The notes under the pieces: model-generated
The model's database searches: none
Told to the model about the DNA's origin: nothing
What the model saw: the letters and a program-made list of their open reading frames with translations, nothing else
Position numbers and translations under genes: made by a program
Part shown: positions 33,166-46,767 of the stretch, piece by piece
Layout: every line of letters begins with the position of its first letter
How positions within the stretch are numbered: position 1 is the stretch's first letter
NCBI RefSeq assembly: GCF_963676685.1
Contig: NC_092354.1
Location: 23,188,001 to 23,252,000 of the forward strand
Reading direction: 5' to 3'
Length of the DNA stretch: 64,000 nt
DNA from: Mytilus edulis
Taxonomy: Eukaryota

Positions 33166-35838
33166 TGGACATTTGACAATTTCCGTGGTTTGGGTTGGAC
33201 AACCAGACGAGTGAAGTATTGTCAACTTATCAGTCACAAGAACAAGTTAGTTAGACAAGATTGGTGTCTTAATGCATTGGACAAAAAAGAGACATTTCAA
33301 AATGTCATTTTCACCGATGAAACATCCGTTGAGATAGGGTCTGATGGCAGACTTTTCTTCCACAAACCAAATTCAGCTCTTCAGTGCCATCCAGCAAAGA
33401 GACCTAAACCAAAACATTCTTATAAAGTAATTAATATTAACCTAAAATGTGTCTTTCCCTATTCTACATGTGACTCTGAATTGATATATGATAGTTATTT
33501 TGTTTTTCTTCTCTATTGTTTATTTTGGAATGTAAAAAGTTGATATTCTATACATGTATATAGGTGAACTATATTTGTTGTATGGAAGAGCTGTACGTGT
33601 CTACCTGGCATGGTTTATCTGCCCATGACCTCATTTTCATGGTTCTGTACTCAATGTTTAGTTTATGTGACAGTTGTAATAAAGCTTTATTTTTAGGACG
33701 ATCAACATAATATCAATAATTTACAGTAAAGAAGACGAGACATTTCAGCGTGTCTCTCATGTTTAGCACGAGTCTTTCCTTTAAAATTATATATGTTTTC
33801 AGTTGATATTATTTTTTAAGAATTTTGTTATTTGGTAATAGTGACTCCAAGACTAGTGGACATGTCTTGTTCATTACCCTGTGTACACAGAACATGCATG
33901 AACATATCTTTATTGAGTTCATTCAGTTGAAAATTATCATGTTTTACTGATTATTAGAGATGGACACGTTAACAACTTCAAAGAAATCCTTAACATGGGG
34001 TATTTGAAAATTATGCTGCTCATCTCTAAAAGGAGTAGGTTCAGTAAGACCCCTTTTTGGCCCCAAAATATAGCAGTTTTAGAAAATTGTGAAAATGTAA
34101 TCGTTTAGATATTTATTGAAAAGTAGAATGTTTCTGCTACATAAATATGGGCTGTTTTTGACAATACAATGCACATGTATCGGGTACTAGCATTATTAAG
34201 TCATGCTAAATTACTGAAATTTTCACAATTGTAGCATTTTAGTTAAATTGTAGACGGTTTCCGTCTTAAATGAAAGTGGCCGCATTCGTGTTCATTCATA
34301 ATATTGAAATGTAAGTTGTATTTGATGATAATACATAATATATATAAAAGTTTAGGATGAACACGGATGCGGCCACTTTCATTTTTGACAAAAACCATCT
34401 GAAAAGTGACGATTTTTGGCATATTTGATAGATTTTTCATATTTAAGCTTGAATTGGAGCGTTTTTAATGACTTAATAAGTTAAAATCTTTCACATAAAC
34501 TAATTGAATCAATTGAAAGAGTCAAAATCTTTCACATAAACTAATTGAATCAATTGAAATAGACTCTTAAGTGTTTATAAAGTGTCTAAAATCTGTCGTT
34601 AGATGGACTTGAAAATTGAGGCCGAAATCGGCTCTTACCGGACCTACTCCTTTGATACCAAAGCACTTAATGTATTAATATTTTAAATTTGTTCAAGGTT
34701 CACGTTTGGGCAGGAACATCTTACAGAGGGAGAACGAACCTTTGTGTTTTCAATGGAAATAATGGACTCAGTGATATACCAGAAAATTTTAAAGGACAAT
34801 TTTATTCCATTTGTGCAACAGCGTTTTCCTGATGGTTACAGACTTTACCAGTCAAGTTTTATTTTTCTACAAACCTTAATTTAAAAGAATTCTGAACAAA
34901 TTTATAATCTTATTCCAAATGTTTCATGCAAATTAGACAACAAAATGATTTTTTCCTGGTAATCCCTTCATTTGCCCATAGGTCACTAGTACACTCCTGT
35001 TTCAAAGATGTTATAGAAAACACACATATTTTTATTTGACCTCAACTTTCCTTGTGGACTTCTTTTTTTTGTTCTTTTTTCTCGTGTTTATAATTCGATA
35101 TGTTATGAACTGTTCACATTGTGGGTCAAATAACTAATTGTGTGCATACGTGACGTCTAAGATTGAAAGACATGAATTGACTTGTAAACCAGTATTAATT
35201 AAATAAATACATCAAATGTTTGTGCCTTTTTTGACAAAATATAAACAGACCAACTATTTATTTCTATCTGTTACAAAAAATTATATGAAGCTTTAATTGA
35301 ATTTCAAAAGTCCTTGATTTGAATACTCATAACACTATATACCCAAACACAGCAACTATTGCATACTAAACTGAGTTCAAACTGACCAGAATTGTTCGCT
35401 GTCAGTTACAGAGCAATATCATAGACTATTCATTTCCTGGACATGCTAGGTGTCTGATCATGTGGTGGCATACATGTACATTTGTGTTTGGAATATCAGT
35501 ATGCACTTCATAACTAATGCTTTATTATGTTTTGTAGGACAATGACAAAAAATACGTCAAAAAGTACCAACAAATGGATGGAAGAGAATGACATCATGAA
35601 CAATGTTATGGAAACACCAGCATCATCTCCTGACCTAAATCCTATTGAAAATGTATGGTCCACATTCAAAAATTATATGGAGACAGTTGTTAAGCCAAAG
35701 AAGAAAGCCGAGTTAATTGCTGGGATAAGAAAGTTTTGGTTGAATTTATCTGCAACTGCCTGTGGAAAGTACATTGACCATATTCACCGTGTTATTCCAA
35801 ATGTGGTTTTGGATGAGGGAGCTCCCTCTGGATTTTGA
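33166..35838 (+). pseudogene. Intron-containing Tc1/mariner (DD34E-type) transposase relic
   Basis: VIFTDETSV...KPKHSYK| (to 33426); |VHVWAG...GYRLYQ (from 34698); |DND...SPDLNPIENVW (from 35538). Frameshifts and a mutated donor. Confidence 0.85.
34031..34651. mobile_element. MITE (Kolobok-like AGG...CCT termini), copy 1, inside a Tc1 intron
   Basis: TIR aggagtaggttcagtaaga / tcttaccggacctactcct; homologous to 41447-42027. Confidence 0.8.
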
Positions 35839-35949
35839 AGATTACAATCATCATGAGTTGCCTGTGCAAGAACCAAAATGTGTACAGTTGAACATTATAA
35901 CTTCATTTATAAATGAATTGTCAATGTTGTAGTCGTGATAAAGATGACG

Positions 35950-36460
35950 TGTATGCTTTTAGTGCCTGGTAAACTCTGGATATATGTTTGGTTAGGAACA
36001 TGTAATATTGCAACAAAAGAAGGGAATTTTATCCCTAACCTCAGAAAATAATCAAGCTGTGCTAAATATTACACACTTTTTTCAAGAATTTTCAACATTT
36101 ATCTAAAAGTATCCTGAATATAAATTAACTTTCTTGAAACACCAGTTCTCTCTATTGGAGCCTTTAACTAATCACGAAATAACCCAGATCCAAACATTTT
36201 CAAAAACCAGGACCGTAAACTCCAAGATGAAATATATGAGCTCAACTCCTGTATTCGCTATACAAGCACAACAATAAATTCACATTCTCCACAATTTTCA
36301 AGTGATCTATACCGTCGATCAAATTACAGACGAGGAAACAACCATCGCACCCCTGCAGCAAGGGCATTTTATAACTTCTCTCTCTACCAGGACGGTATAC
36401 ATCCAGAAAAAATGTTGGCTGAAGTTTGGCTCCGCAAAATACTGAAACACAGCGAGACCA
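35950..36460 (+). pseudogene. SGNH-esterase-like fragment (LINE ORF1 type)
   Basis: NFSLYQDGIHP...LAEVWLRKI (DxxH motif); heavily degraded. Confidence 0.4.
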
Positions 36461-37456
36461 ACTCATATATAATTCACAACTCATATATAATTCAAAATAC
36501 ATTGTAGTACAGCTAACCAACTCAAGTTCGCTGTTTGACCAAGTCAGTGTGGGTTTTTTCTACGCTATACTTGGTTGATAGTTTTTACCATAATAATATC
36601 ATCAGAGCTCTGTTGAACCAAGTCAGTGTGGGTGTTTTTCTACGCTATACTAGGTTGGCAGTAGCACCTTTGGGAAAATAACCTAAAGACAACAACTCGA
36701 CTATCCACCTAAACTTCAAAACAAGTAAAAAAAAATTCATAATGTATTCTGTATTTTTTTTATAAAACTGCAATTAACAGTGTTGAGAAATTGATAATTT
36801 AGTAAAGATTCATTGTTTATTGCGTTAAATGGGATAGATAAATCATTTTTAGTGATGACTTTTGTTCAGTGCATCGTGTCTTGTAAACAATTGATCACTT
36901 CCGGTTCTGCTTCACTACCTGCATGTGGCCTGTGGAGGCAAAACGATGTTGTTAATCATACAGTATGCAGCTGTTATCAAAGAAATTCTTGTTGTGTTCT
37001 TTACTAATGTTACTCTACAGACACAACTAAAGCTAAGTGTGTGTCACAGAGATGTAAAATATCATTTGAAATTAGCTTTTGGACTGAAAAGTATCGCTCT
37101 GTACAAAATACTACAACTAACAACTGAAGAAAGCAGACTTGTTTATAGTGTTATCCCACAGAGAATGGATGTTAACTATTTATATTTCACTCGGAGTATA
37201 AACACCACACTGTTACAAACTTAGTATAGAGTTTCAACAAGGTAATTAAAAGTTACAAATGGAAACTTGACATGAGGATGAAGACAAAATACAGACAGTC
37301 AGAGGCCTTTTCATCATTGTTCATAGCCAAAGGAGCCTGAAGGAATACAAAATACTTCTCCCAGTTGATATTGGTACGTTTAACATTATGATTACTTTTT
37401 TTTCATGAAATGCGGAATAAAAGTACATTCATAAAATAGGATATTTTTATTTTATG

Positions 37457-39710
37457 GATTGATTGATTGATTGTTGGTTGCTTTACGCCGCATTAGCACA
37501 AAAAGGCTATATCGCGGCGAGAGCTAATTCGAATATTTTTACAATTTAAAGCATATTTTTAAAATAAGACAAAAAGTCCTTCAATATACTAAAATTCTAG
37601 ACTAAAGCAAATTGATTATTTACAAATAAAAATCAATATGAGTAAAATAACGTGATAGAAAATTAAAAACGACTTAAATATAATAACATTTTTATATTCT
37701 ATAATAAATTCCAATTTCTTTTAAAAATGCAACAATATTTGTAAATGGAACATTATTAAATAAATCATACATATTATTGACATTGAAATGCTTCTTACGA
37801 ATATCAGCAAAGTCAATACAATTAATTAAAACATGTTTAATAGTATACTTGCAGTTGCAAGGTACACATTGTGGTTCATCTTCATTTTTAAAAAGATACT
37901 CGTGTGTTATTCTAGTATGACCAATACGACATCTAGTAATAACACACTGATCTTTTCTGCACATAAAATTATTAAAAGGTTTACCTATATTAGGTTTAAT
38001 TTCATGTAATTTATTATCATCTGTTTTACTCCATTCATTTTTTAAAATATTAAACACATATTCTCTAATATTAGATTTAAAATCAGTATATGGTATATCA
38101 CAGTTAGATAAAGGGTCACCCAGGGCATGCTTTGCCTCGAGGTCTACAGCTGTGTTTCCAAGGATTCCAACATGACTCGGAACCCATAGAAATATCATTT
38201 CTTTCAGAAGAATTTTCAAATTCCTCATTACATATAAAATTTGGAGAATTGTTGGGTTTTTAATTTTAGTATTTTGTATGGCATGAAAATACGGATTTTT
38301 TTATGTTATTAAAATTTGCTGTTACAAAATGATAGAAATTATTATAAATTAAGGAATGTATCTCCCTCATGCAAAGCTCTGATTCCTTTCACGGATTTGG
38401 CTATACTTTTTGGACCTTTTGGATTATAGCTCTTCATCTTTTATATAAGTTTTGGATTTCAAATATTTTGGCCACGAGCATCACTGAAGAGACATGTATT
38501 GTCGAAATGCGCATCTGGTGCAAGAAAATTGATACCGTTAATTTTATTTTATTGTAAGCATGAAAGTGAATCAGAACATATAATAAATTTGGATTTATCT
38601 GAAGAAGCAATAAATTTCAAAGCCAAAATTATTGCTTCTGCTTCAGCAGTAAAGATGGATGCATCAGATGGCAAACGGAGAGTTGCAGCTCTGTCCCCGA
38701 AGACAGCAGCAGATGCAACTCTGTCGCCATCTTTTGATCCATCAGTATGGACGGTTGAAAAATCTGGATACTTGGCTTTAATTTCAGCATAGTGTTGCTG
38801 AATTAAAAGAGGATTTGTTTTATTTTTATTGTGTTCACGGAGATCAAATATCATTTTTGGTTTGGGAAGTTCCCATGGAGGACATTTGCAAATTTTAACT
38901 TGAGCAACAGATTTTAAATCAAAAGAAGCTAAATGTGGTTTTAAACGTATACCTAACGGAGGAATTTTATTTTCATGTTTTGCAAAAATATCTTCATAAA
39001 TCGGATTAAAAACACAGCTGTAGGCAGGATTATCTGAATAGGCTTTTAGTTTGACAGCATATTGAAGTCCAAGCTTCAAACGTCTGTCCGAGAGTGAGTG
39101 CTCATCAGCCTCTACATACAGACTCTCAACTGGTGAGGTTTTAAATGCGCCAAGACAGAGACGAAGACCCTGGTGATGCACATCATCAGGAATCTGTATG
39201 TAGGACTTCCTTGCAGAGCCATACACTATAGAGCCATAATCTAGTTTAGATCTAACTAGAGATCTATATAAATTGAGTAAAATGTTGCGATCAGCACCCC
39301 AGTCAGTGCTGCCGACAACTTTTAAAATATCTAAAGCTTTTAAACATCTCGATTTTACCATTTTGATATGTGGTAGAAAGGTTAACTTTTTATCGAAAAT
39401 TAACCCAAGAAATTTGGTCTCATCAACCATTTTAATTGGGTTGCCGTACAAAGTGAGTTCTGGATCAAGATGCAATTTCCTTTTGTTACAAAAATGCATT
39501 CCGACCGTTTTTGACGTGGAAAATTTAAAACCATTTTCCGAGGCCCATTTTTCAATTCTTCCAAGACATAATTGTAATTGTCTTTCTATGTTATTCATAT
39601 TTTTGCCTCTGTAACATATTAAAAAATCATCAACGTACAATGAACCTTCAATATTACTTTTTAAAACTTCAACAAGGCTGTTGATTTTAAGACTAAATAA
39701 TGTAACAGAT
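37457..39710 (-). mobile_element. 5'-truncated I-group LINE: RT + RNase H + CCHC, with 3' UTR and (AATC)n tail
   Basis: YVDD; RNase H TDGSK...AEAEAI...SDSLS...WVPSHVGILGN..VD; RIGHT...CVPC...H...C; microsatellite tail at ~37457-37475. Confidence 0.9.
38283..38552. repeat. 270-bp interspersed repeat inserted in the LINE RNase H domain
   Basis: Interrupts ...SCLQ|AIQN... precisely; removing it restores the local frame. Confidence 0.75.
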
Positions 39711-39749
39711 AAAAAACGCGCGTTTCTCTACAAAAGACTCATCAGACTT

Positions 39750-39950
39750 TCAAAAGACTTAACTTGCAAAGAGCGTGGCACTATCTTTACACTAGGCATC
39801 GGATTTAACGTCCCCCTTCTGACCGGACGTGACTGCGAACTTGACACATCCCGCACAGCCAAACGGACGCCCAACTTCGGCAAGCGTTTTACTGCCGGTC
39901 GGGAAAAGACCAAGTGACCATATTTCTATACCCTAGTCACCCTTGGGTTA
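39750..39950 (-). repeat. SINE-like repeat; second partial copy at ~61911-62010 (+)
   Basis: Shared cccaagggtgact.ggg.atagaaatatggtcacttggtc...aaaacgcttgccgaagt.ggg.gtccgtttggctgtgcg. Confidence 0.6.
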
Positions 39951-40140
39951 TGTGAGTGTAACATTTTTACGTTGTGTCATTTGTTTGTGTGTGTTACATT
40001 TTAATGTGTCGTTGTCCTCCTCTTATATTTAATTCGTTTCCTCAGTTTTAGTTTGTTACCCCGATTTTGTTTTTTGTCCATATATTTACGAGTTTTGAAC
40101 AGCGGTATACTACTGTTGCCTTTATTAGAAACGTTTAAAG

Positions 40141-40370
40141 TACCACGAGCAGAAAACAACATTATTGAAGGCCGATAGGACAAAGAATGTCCCACTCACT
40201 CTCATTACTAAATATAATCCAATGGCAAAAACCTTAGTAAGGTTATAAGAAAACATTGGAGCAATCTGCAAAAAGACAAACACAGTAGTGAAATCTTCAC
40301 CCAGGTGCCTATCATAGCGTATAAACGTAACAAAAATATCAAAGAATATCTTGCTAAATCAAGGAAATGG
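40141..40370 (+). pseudogene. Penelope-like retroelement fragment
   Basis: PLTLITKYNP...VIRKHWSNLQ...PIIAYKRNKNIKEYL, the typical linker between PLE RT and GIY-YIG. Confidence 0.6.
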
Positions 40371-41446
40371 TTGGGAGACTTTTGAAAAGGGACCCATGCT
40401 TTAATAGTATAAGCAAAAAATCCCGAAACACTGTTAGTTATGTTTTTAAATGTAGGCAACAAACTTTCATTAGAAGAAATTTATATATAAAAAAAAAAAA
40501 CGGCGTTAAGTTTTGAGATTTATTACGTATGTTGGTTGAAGGAACCGCATTTAATTATAAAGTCCTTTTCGATGGTTTAGGAACAATAACAAAATTTCCA
40601 AATCGAAATACCAGATACAATAAACACTGTCTTTGACAATTTTCCAAGTTAAACACCACCACACACAGATAGGTACATGTGAATCGGTGTCAGAATACTT
40701 CAAAACGTCTCATGAATCCGAAGAAGTCAATGCTGAAACTGAAACTCTATAACAAATCTAGCAAGATGGATACAACATAAAAATCTGATGACAGTAGTAG
40801 CTAAGAAATACAGAGTGCACAACAGGAAATGGTGCGACCAAGCTTTAGAGAGGAACAAAGCACTGAAAACAAACCAGTAGAGCAAAGTCCAACTATTGCT
40901 AAAACAGTTGAAGAACTTAGAAGACTTGAGTAATGTGAAATATATTTTTTATACAATACAAGAAGGACTAAATTTAGCCAAGGTGACCCGTGAACTTCCA
41001 CCTTAGTTAAGGCTTGAACTTTCATTTACCCCGAAGATGTTAGAGCATCCATCAAAGGAGGTTGTGAAGGACGAGATACGTTCTACTAACTTGGAGTTAC
41101 GAAAGCTGGCATTATCCAAACTCTCGGGAATGAATGCAAAACACATTTTAGAAGTGTCAAAATAGCTGGACTCAAAGATGCAAGAATTGGACGAGGAATT
41201 AGATAAGGGAGGACGTTACACAGATCGCCGAGAATTTTTTAAGATTGTCGAGGAGCTGATTGAGGAGTTTAAAGAGAAGCTCAGAAGCTCAGACGCTACA
41301 AAGAAACTATTATAAGAAAACCAGCTCAAAGTGGATACAAACCCAAAGACAAATTTGAAAGGCAATTTTAAGTTTACTATTATTCCGATAGTGGGATTAA
41401 TTTACCAGCAAGGATGGCGATCCACCGGAGGGTAGAATTTTGTGAA

Positions 41447-42027
41447 AGGAGTAGGTCCGGTAAGACCCCTTTTTGGCCCAAATATATAACAGTTTTACAA
41501 AATTGTTATAATGTTAACTTTTAGCAATTTATTGGACAGTTGAATACTTCTGCTACATAAATATGGGCTGTTTTTAATCTTGGTACCTTTGACAACTATT
41601 TGACAATACAATGCACATCCATCGGGTTGTAGCACCATTAAATCATGCTAAATTACTGAAATTTTCAAAATTCTATCATTTTAGTTAAATTTTAGACGGT
41701 TTCCCTGTAAAACGAAAGTTGCCGCATTCGTGTTTATCCTTAAGTATTTTACGATAATACACAAAAGTTGTGGATGAACACGGATGCGGCCACTTTCATT
41801 TTTGACTAAAAAACATCTGAAAAGTGATTTTTTTGGCATATTTTAAAGATTTTTCATATTTGAGCTTGAATCGGAGCGTTTTTAATGGCTTAATCAGTTA
41901 AAATCTTTCACTTAAACTATTTGAATCAAGTGATATAAACACTTAAGTGTTTAAAAAGTGGTCAAAATCTTTCGTCAGATGATACTGAAATATGAGGCCA
42001 AAATGAGTCCTTACCGGACCTACACCT
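41447..42027. mobile_element. MITE (Kolobok-like), copy 2
   Basis: TIR aggagtaggtccggtaag / cttaccggacctacacct; same family as 34031-34651. Confidence 0.8.
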
Positions 42028-42689
42028 TTATACTTCATGCAAATTTAGAACCATCAACCATAAATCACCCATTGACATAGGGAGATGGACAAATATTTAG
42101 AGAGATGGACGAAATTGTAAATTATGCAACTGTCAAGATCTTGGATCTATATTATGATGTGCACAGAGATGTCAGTAAAAAGAAACAAATGTATACCATT
42201 GTAATTGCAAAGTTTTGATAGAATAAAGATATACATAGAGACCAAATAATTGTTTATGTCCTTAGGTAAGATATTAAATGCTATTTTTTTATTCATACTA
42301 TATTCTCTTTTAATTTTAATGAGCATTAGTTATCATATAATTACTCAATAATCATTTCATTTCTTTTTCAGTAACCAGTGAAGGTTCTTACAAAGATAGA
42401 TGATATTTCACTATGTTATAAAGTAAAGGGACAAAAGCTCAGAGCAGCTATATTATATACCATCAGTGCTCTTTCAACTGCTGCAAATCAATAAACAAAT
42501 GAACAATTTATTCATGATAAGGGATGCCCTTGAATTAACATTTTATAATATTTTGTGATAACTTATTGAAAATGTGAGACTCTATTTGTCAGAATTTTGA
42601 GAGTTTAAAATGATCTTGGTCTTAAACATTAAAAAAATTGATTTGACAAAAGTTGAAATGTTGAGCAAAGAACAATAACAATTCGCTAA

Positions 42690-43095
42690 GGAGGGAAAAA
42701 ACGGCAAAATTTCCTTAAAATTACCAATTCAGGGGCAGCAACCCAACAACAGGTTGTATGATTACACTGAAAATGTCAGGGCAGATAGATCTTGACCTGT
42801 AAAACAATTTGACCCCATGCCAGATTTGCTCTAAATGCTTTGGTTTTTGAGTTATAAGCCAAAAACTGCATTTTACCCCTATGTTCTATTTTTAGCCGTG
42901 GCGGCCATATTGGTTGGTTGACCGGGTCATCGGACACATTTTTTTAAACTAAATACCCCAATGATGATTGTGGCCAAGTTTGGTTAAATTTGGCCCAGTT
43001 GTTTCAGAGGAGAAGATTTTTGTAAAAGTTAACGACGACGGACGCAAATTGATGGGAAAAGCTCACTTGGCACTTTGGGCCAGGTGAGCAAAAAA
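42690..43095 (+). repeat. Helentron/HINE-like repeat; related inverted copy at ~55440-56560
   Basis: Ends in gacgacggacgc...gctcacttggc/gccaggtgagc hairpin plus A-tract; internal sequence matches the reverse complement of ~55440-55750. Confidence 0.55.
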
Positions 43096-45802
43096 ATGAA
43101 GATGAACCACAATATCCTAGCAAGCCCATATAAGACTGGTTAAAAAGGGAAAATAAAAAGACAATTTCAGACATTCATATAAGCACCATCAACTGTAAAA
43201 TGGATCCAACATTCTCCTACAGAAGGAAACAAATAGTTGAGGATAAGGTGCGAGTCGAGGAACTTATAGACATGTTCCCCTGGCTACAATCTCGTCAAGA
43301 GGTATAACTGTAAATTCAGAAATTATTGTGTTTTTTTAGCAGTTTTGCTTACATTATATAAGACCAACATTTAATGTTAATTTTTGAGTTATTGAAAAAT
43401 CGCCTGAGAAAAGGCATTTGATTTTACCATGTGATAATGAACTTGCCGATTGGATTGCCATGTGATTATGGACTTTCCTATTGGATTATCCTCTGAGTTT
43501 AGTATTTTTGTGATTTTACTTTGTACATTTAGATGTTACTCTGGTGAACAGCACGCCCCGATAGCTGCACCAATACATTGTTGATATAGGAGTCCATTAA
43601 AATCAAAAGTATTGTTTACGAGGACAGATTAAAGGAGGTGTAGTAGATCCTCTAGGTAGCCATTTTGTTTTGTATTGTGATTTTTCAAAATCATCCAGGC
43701 AATTTTAATTTGTGTATAAAATCTGATATGTCTTCTATGTATTGTTGTTGTTTTTGCACGATAGGCATAAGAAAATAATCGACATACCGGCTTATATATT
43801 CTGTAATCGAGCCGATCTGAAAATAATTGATCAACCAGGTGGCACTATGTTATGAATATTAAACCCATTGCATTTTATATCAGATATGCCAGATTGATTC
43901 AATTTATGAATTTGTAGAAGTGTGTGCATAGGTACTGATCCATTATTCTATTACCATTTATTTGGTAATTAAAAGTATCACTGTCAAGTAGTCTCCTGTT
44001 AATCATACCTATTAGATTTTTATTCAAACTGTTTCTAAGACGCACAGAAACCACTATTATAGCATGTTAAAAGCACACCAATTTAGCACATCTGCTAACA
44101 TCACCTAGAATTCGAAATTAGGAAATCCCTGATGATGGCGGGCCTGTATCTAAAACCCAATTTATAATTATAAAAATACCGCCGAAACACAAAATTAGTG
44201 TAGGAATGATGCAAGCAATTCTATAAATTTATCCAGTCAGTACTAGTAATTATCTAGAATATATTAAAATATCACCAGAAATGAAACATTTTTATTCCTT
44301 AGTCAGGTTAAGTAATGTTTGACATGAGTGGAATTAGAATGTTGGAAAATTTGGTTGTTGGGTTCCATTTTTATTTTCCCAACAATGTGTCCTTTTGGAA
44401 ACATTCTGGTTTTTGGTCAGAAAAAGTAAACAGTTTGCATTTTGCAATGATGGGGTACATAAATACAGGTTACTCAAATATTACGGTAATAAAGATTATT
44501 TAGTAATAAAGGAAATATACAGACTCATTGTTAAGTGTTGCTGTTTAAGTGCAGGTAAAGATATATCTCAAGTAGTACGACAATTGGACCTTTAAATCAA
44601 CGGGGAATGGTATTTGTACAGTCATTGAGACGTGTGATGAATATTCGCAAGAAAACAAAATCAAAAGAATGTCTGGGCAGTACTTAGAATCAGAAGTCCA
44701 GATCTATCTATAAATGTTTCTGAGGATCATTATGATCCAACAAAAACTCAGAACATGCCTCTTTCACAACAATAGAGAAGATTTTAGAAATCAGTTAGGT
44801 TTTTCCCTCAAAAATACTAGTAAATTTGTTTTAAAATTTGTACCAATAAATCCCCCTTGACCCGATTGCTAAATATTTTAATTGAATTATTTTAGTCTCT
44901 GCACAAGAATTCTTTAGAAATTATATGTTTGATGAACAGTAGACGTCAAAAATTAATGTAGAACAATATATCTCTCTACCTATAATTTGTCACCTATTTA
45001 TCATGATCTTTAACATGTATACTATGACTGAAGACTTGTATTGGGTTTCCACCTTGATAGAAATTGTACCATGAAGAATACTCATTTACTTGGTGTGGTA
45101 TAGGTAGGACTTTTGTCCTCTAAAAGATTTCGACTTCGAGCGTAGAAGGACGCCACGTATCAATGTGTAAGGTTCTATCTACACTGTTACCTCTACCTTT
45201 GTGTGTTATTAAATGTTTATAATATTTTGGCCCTCAGGAAGTTAGTACTTAAGCAGATTAATTTTACAAGTAAACAGTTTTTTTGTTGCTGATAGACTGC
45301 AATAAATGTGTGGGTATACTGATATAAGACATGCAGCACTCTCGTGCTCATGCTAAGAAATGGCGGTTTTCGATTTAATAATTTTAGCGTACTACCAATG
45401 ACAAAATTACCTTATTGTTATCTGATTGACTTTGACACCGACACATCCTGCGCTCTCTGGATAAGCATAACCCAACCAAAATCGTTGCAATTTAAACATC
45501 TACTAAACTCCGACTTCATAAGGCTGGATCAAATATTCTGCTTGGAAAGTGTCGGATACAATGAAAGTGTCCAAATCACGCAGGTAAATATTAAATAATT
45601 GTGTCGTTGGTAGTACGCAAATGTTTATTGGTAAACGACAAAAAATATTCAGTTTTCATAGGTAACAGGCTTTTAATCTGTTACGCTCGACGCGTGTTTT
45701 GTCTACTTTAAATTGATTGATTGTTGGTGGTTGCTTAACGTCCAGTGGCAAATATTTCATGCAAATTCAGGACGAGAACATGTTAATAAATACAATAGAT
45801 AT

Positions 45803-46566
45803 TGTGCTGTCTCACAAGTAAACACAGCTAACCATGGTATATCTTTATTGTTAATTGTTGTACAATTGTCATATACTGAATGCGGTGAAAAGCTACAATA
45901 TAAAAATAAAACAATACTGTAGAAATTTGTTACAGAAAAAATACCTTAATAAAAATAGCAACATGCTAAGAACATAATTAGATGAAAATGTCTGAATTAG
46001 CAATTTATATAGCACATAGCAAGTGTGCATTGTTCCAGTATCACATAGAAATATTAAAAGACAGTACAAATTCACAAAATTGTAACTGCATGTTTATATA
46101 CCTGGTGTACCATGAAAATATCTCAAAGTAGAAAAATATGGCTTATCAGTAGAAGTTACCTAAATCTACACTTTAATTACACAATTAAATGTAAATAATA
46201 AATGAAATTATTTCTAAATTTCAAATACATGTTAAAAAATATCATAATTCTCAAAAACAATCATAATATAATAACGCGGATGGCGTTCCATACATAAAAA
46301 ATCTCGCAACTTGACCCTTTGACAAAATAATCTGAAAATGCCGTTATCGCGCAGCATACAAAAACTACAATTAATATGCATTAAGAACTATTTAAATGTG
46401 CACTAAAGACATGAAAAATTTACTTACATTGTGCTTGGATTAACAGATTATTACTTTTAGATGATAGAATTAAAACGTGATAGTTTCAAGGAAGTTATCG
46501 TAATTCAATAATAAAAAAATCAAATCGGAAAAAGCTTTACAAAATTCCGGAAATCGTTTCAGCATA
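45803..46566 (-). repeat. 3' LTR
   Basis: Direct repeat of 52881-53644 with about 4 substitutions. Confidence 0.95.
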
Positions 46567-46767
46567 CTCCTCGCCTGATATTGAAAATTTCACCTTAAAC
46601 TCAACAATATCAAAAATAAAAACAAAAAAGAAACTTGCAACGTACATATTTACAAGTGTTTATAAGACATTGATTCATATTTAGAAGACTAAACATTTTT
46701 TCATTAATAATGTCAAAATATATGCAAAAATACCAAAGTTCAAAGTTCACATGTACTTTAACACTGA

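Noticed and set aside
40780-41440. Coding-like, Glu/Lys-rich segment
   Set aside because: Multiple stops and no recognisable family; cannot support a call.
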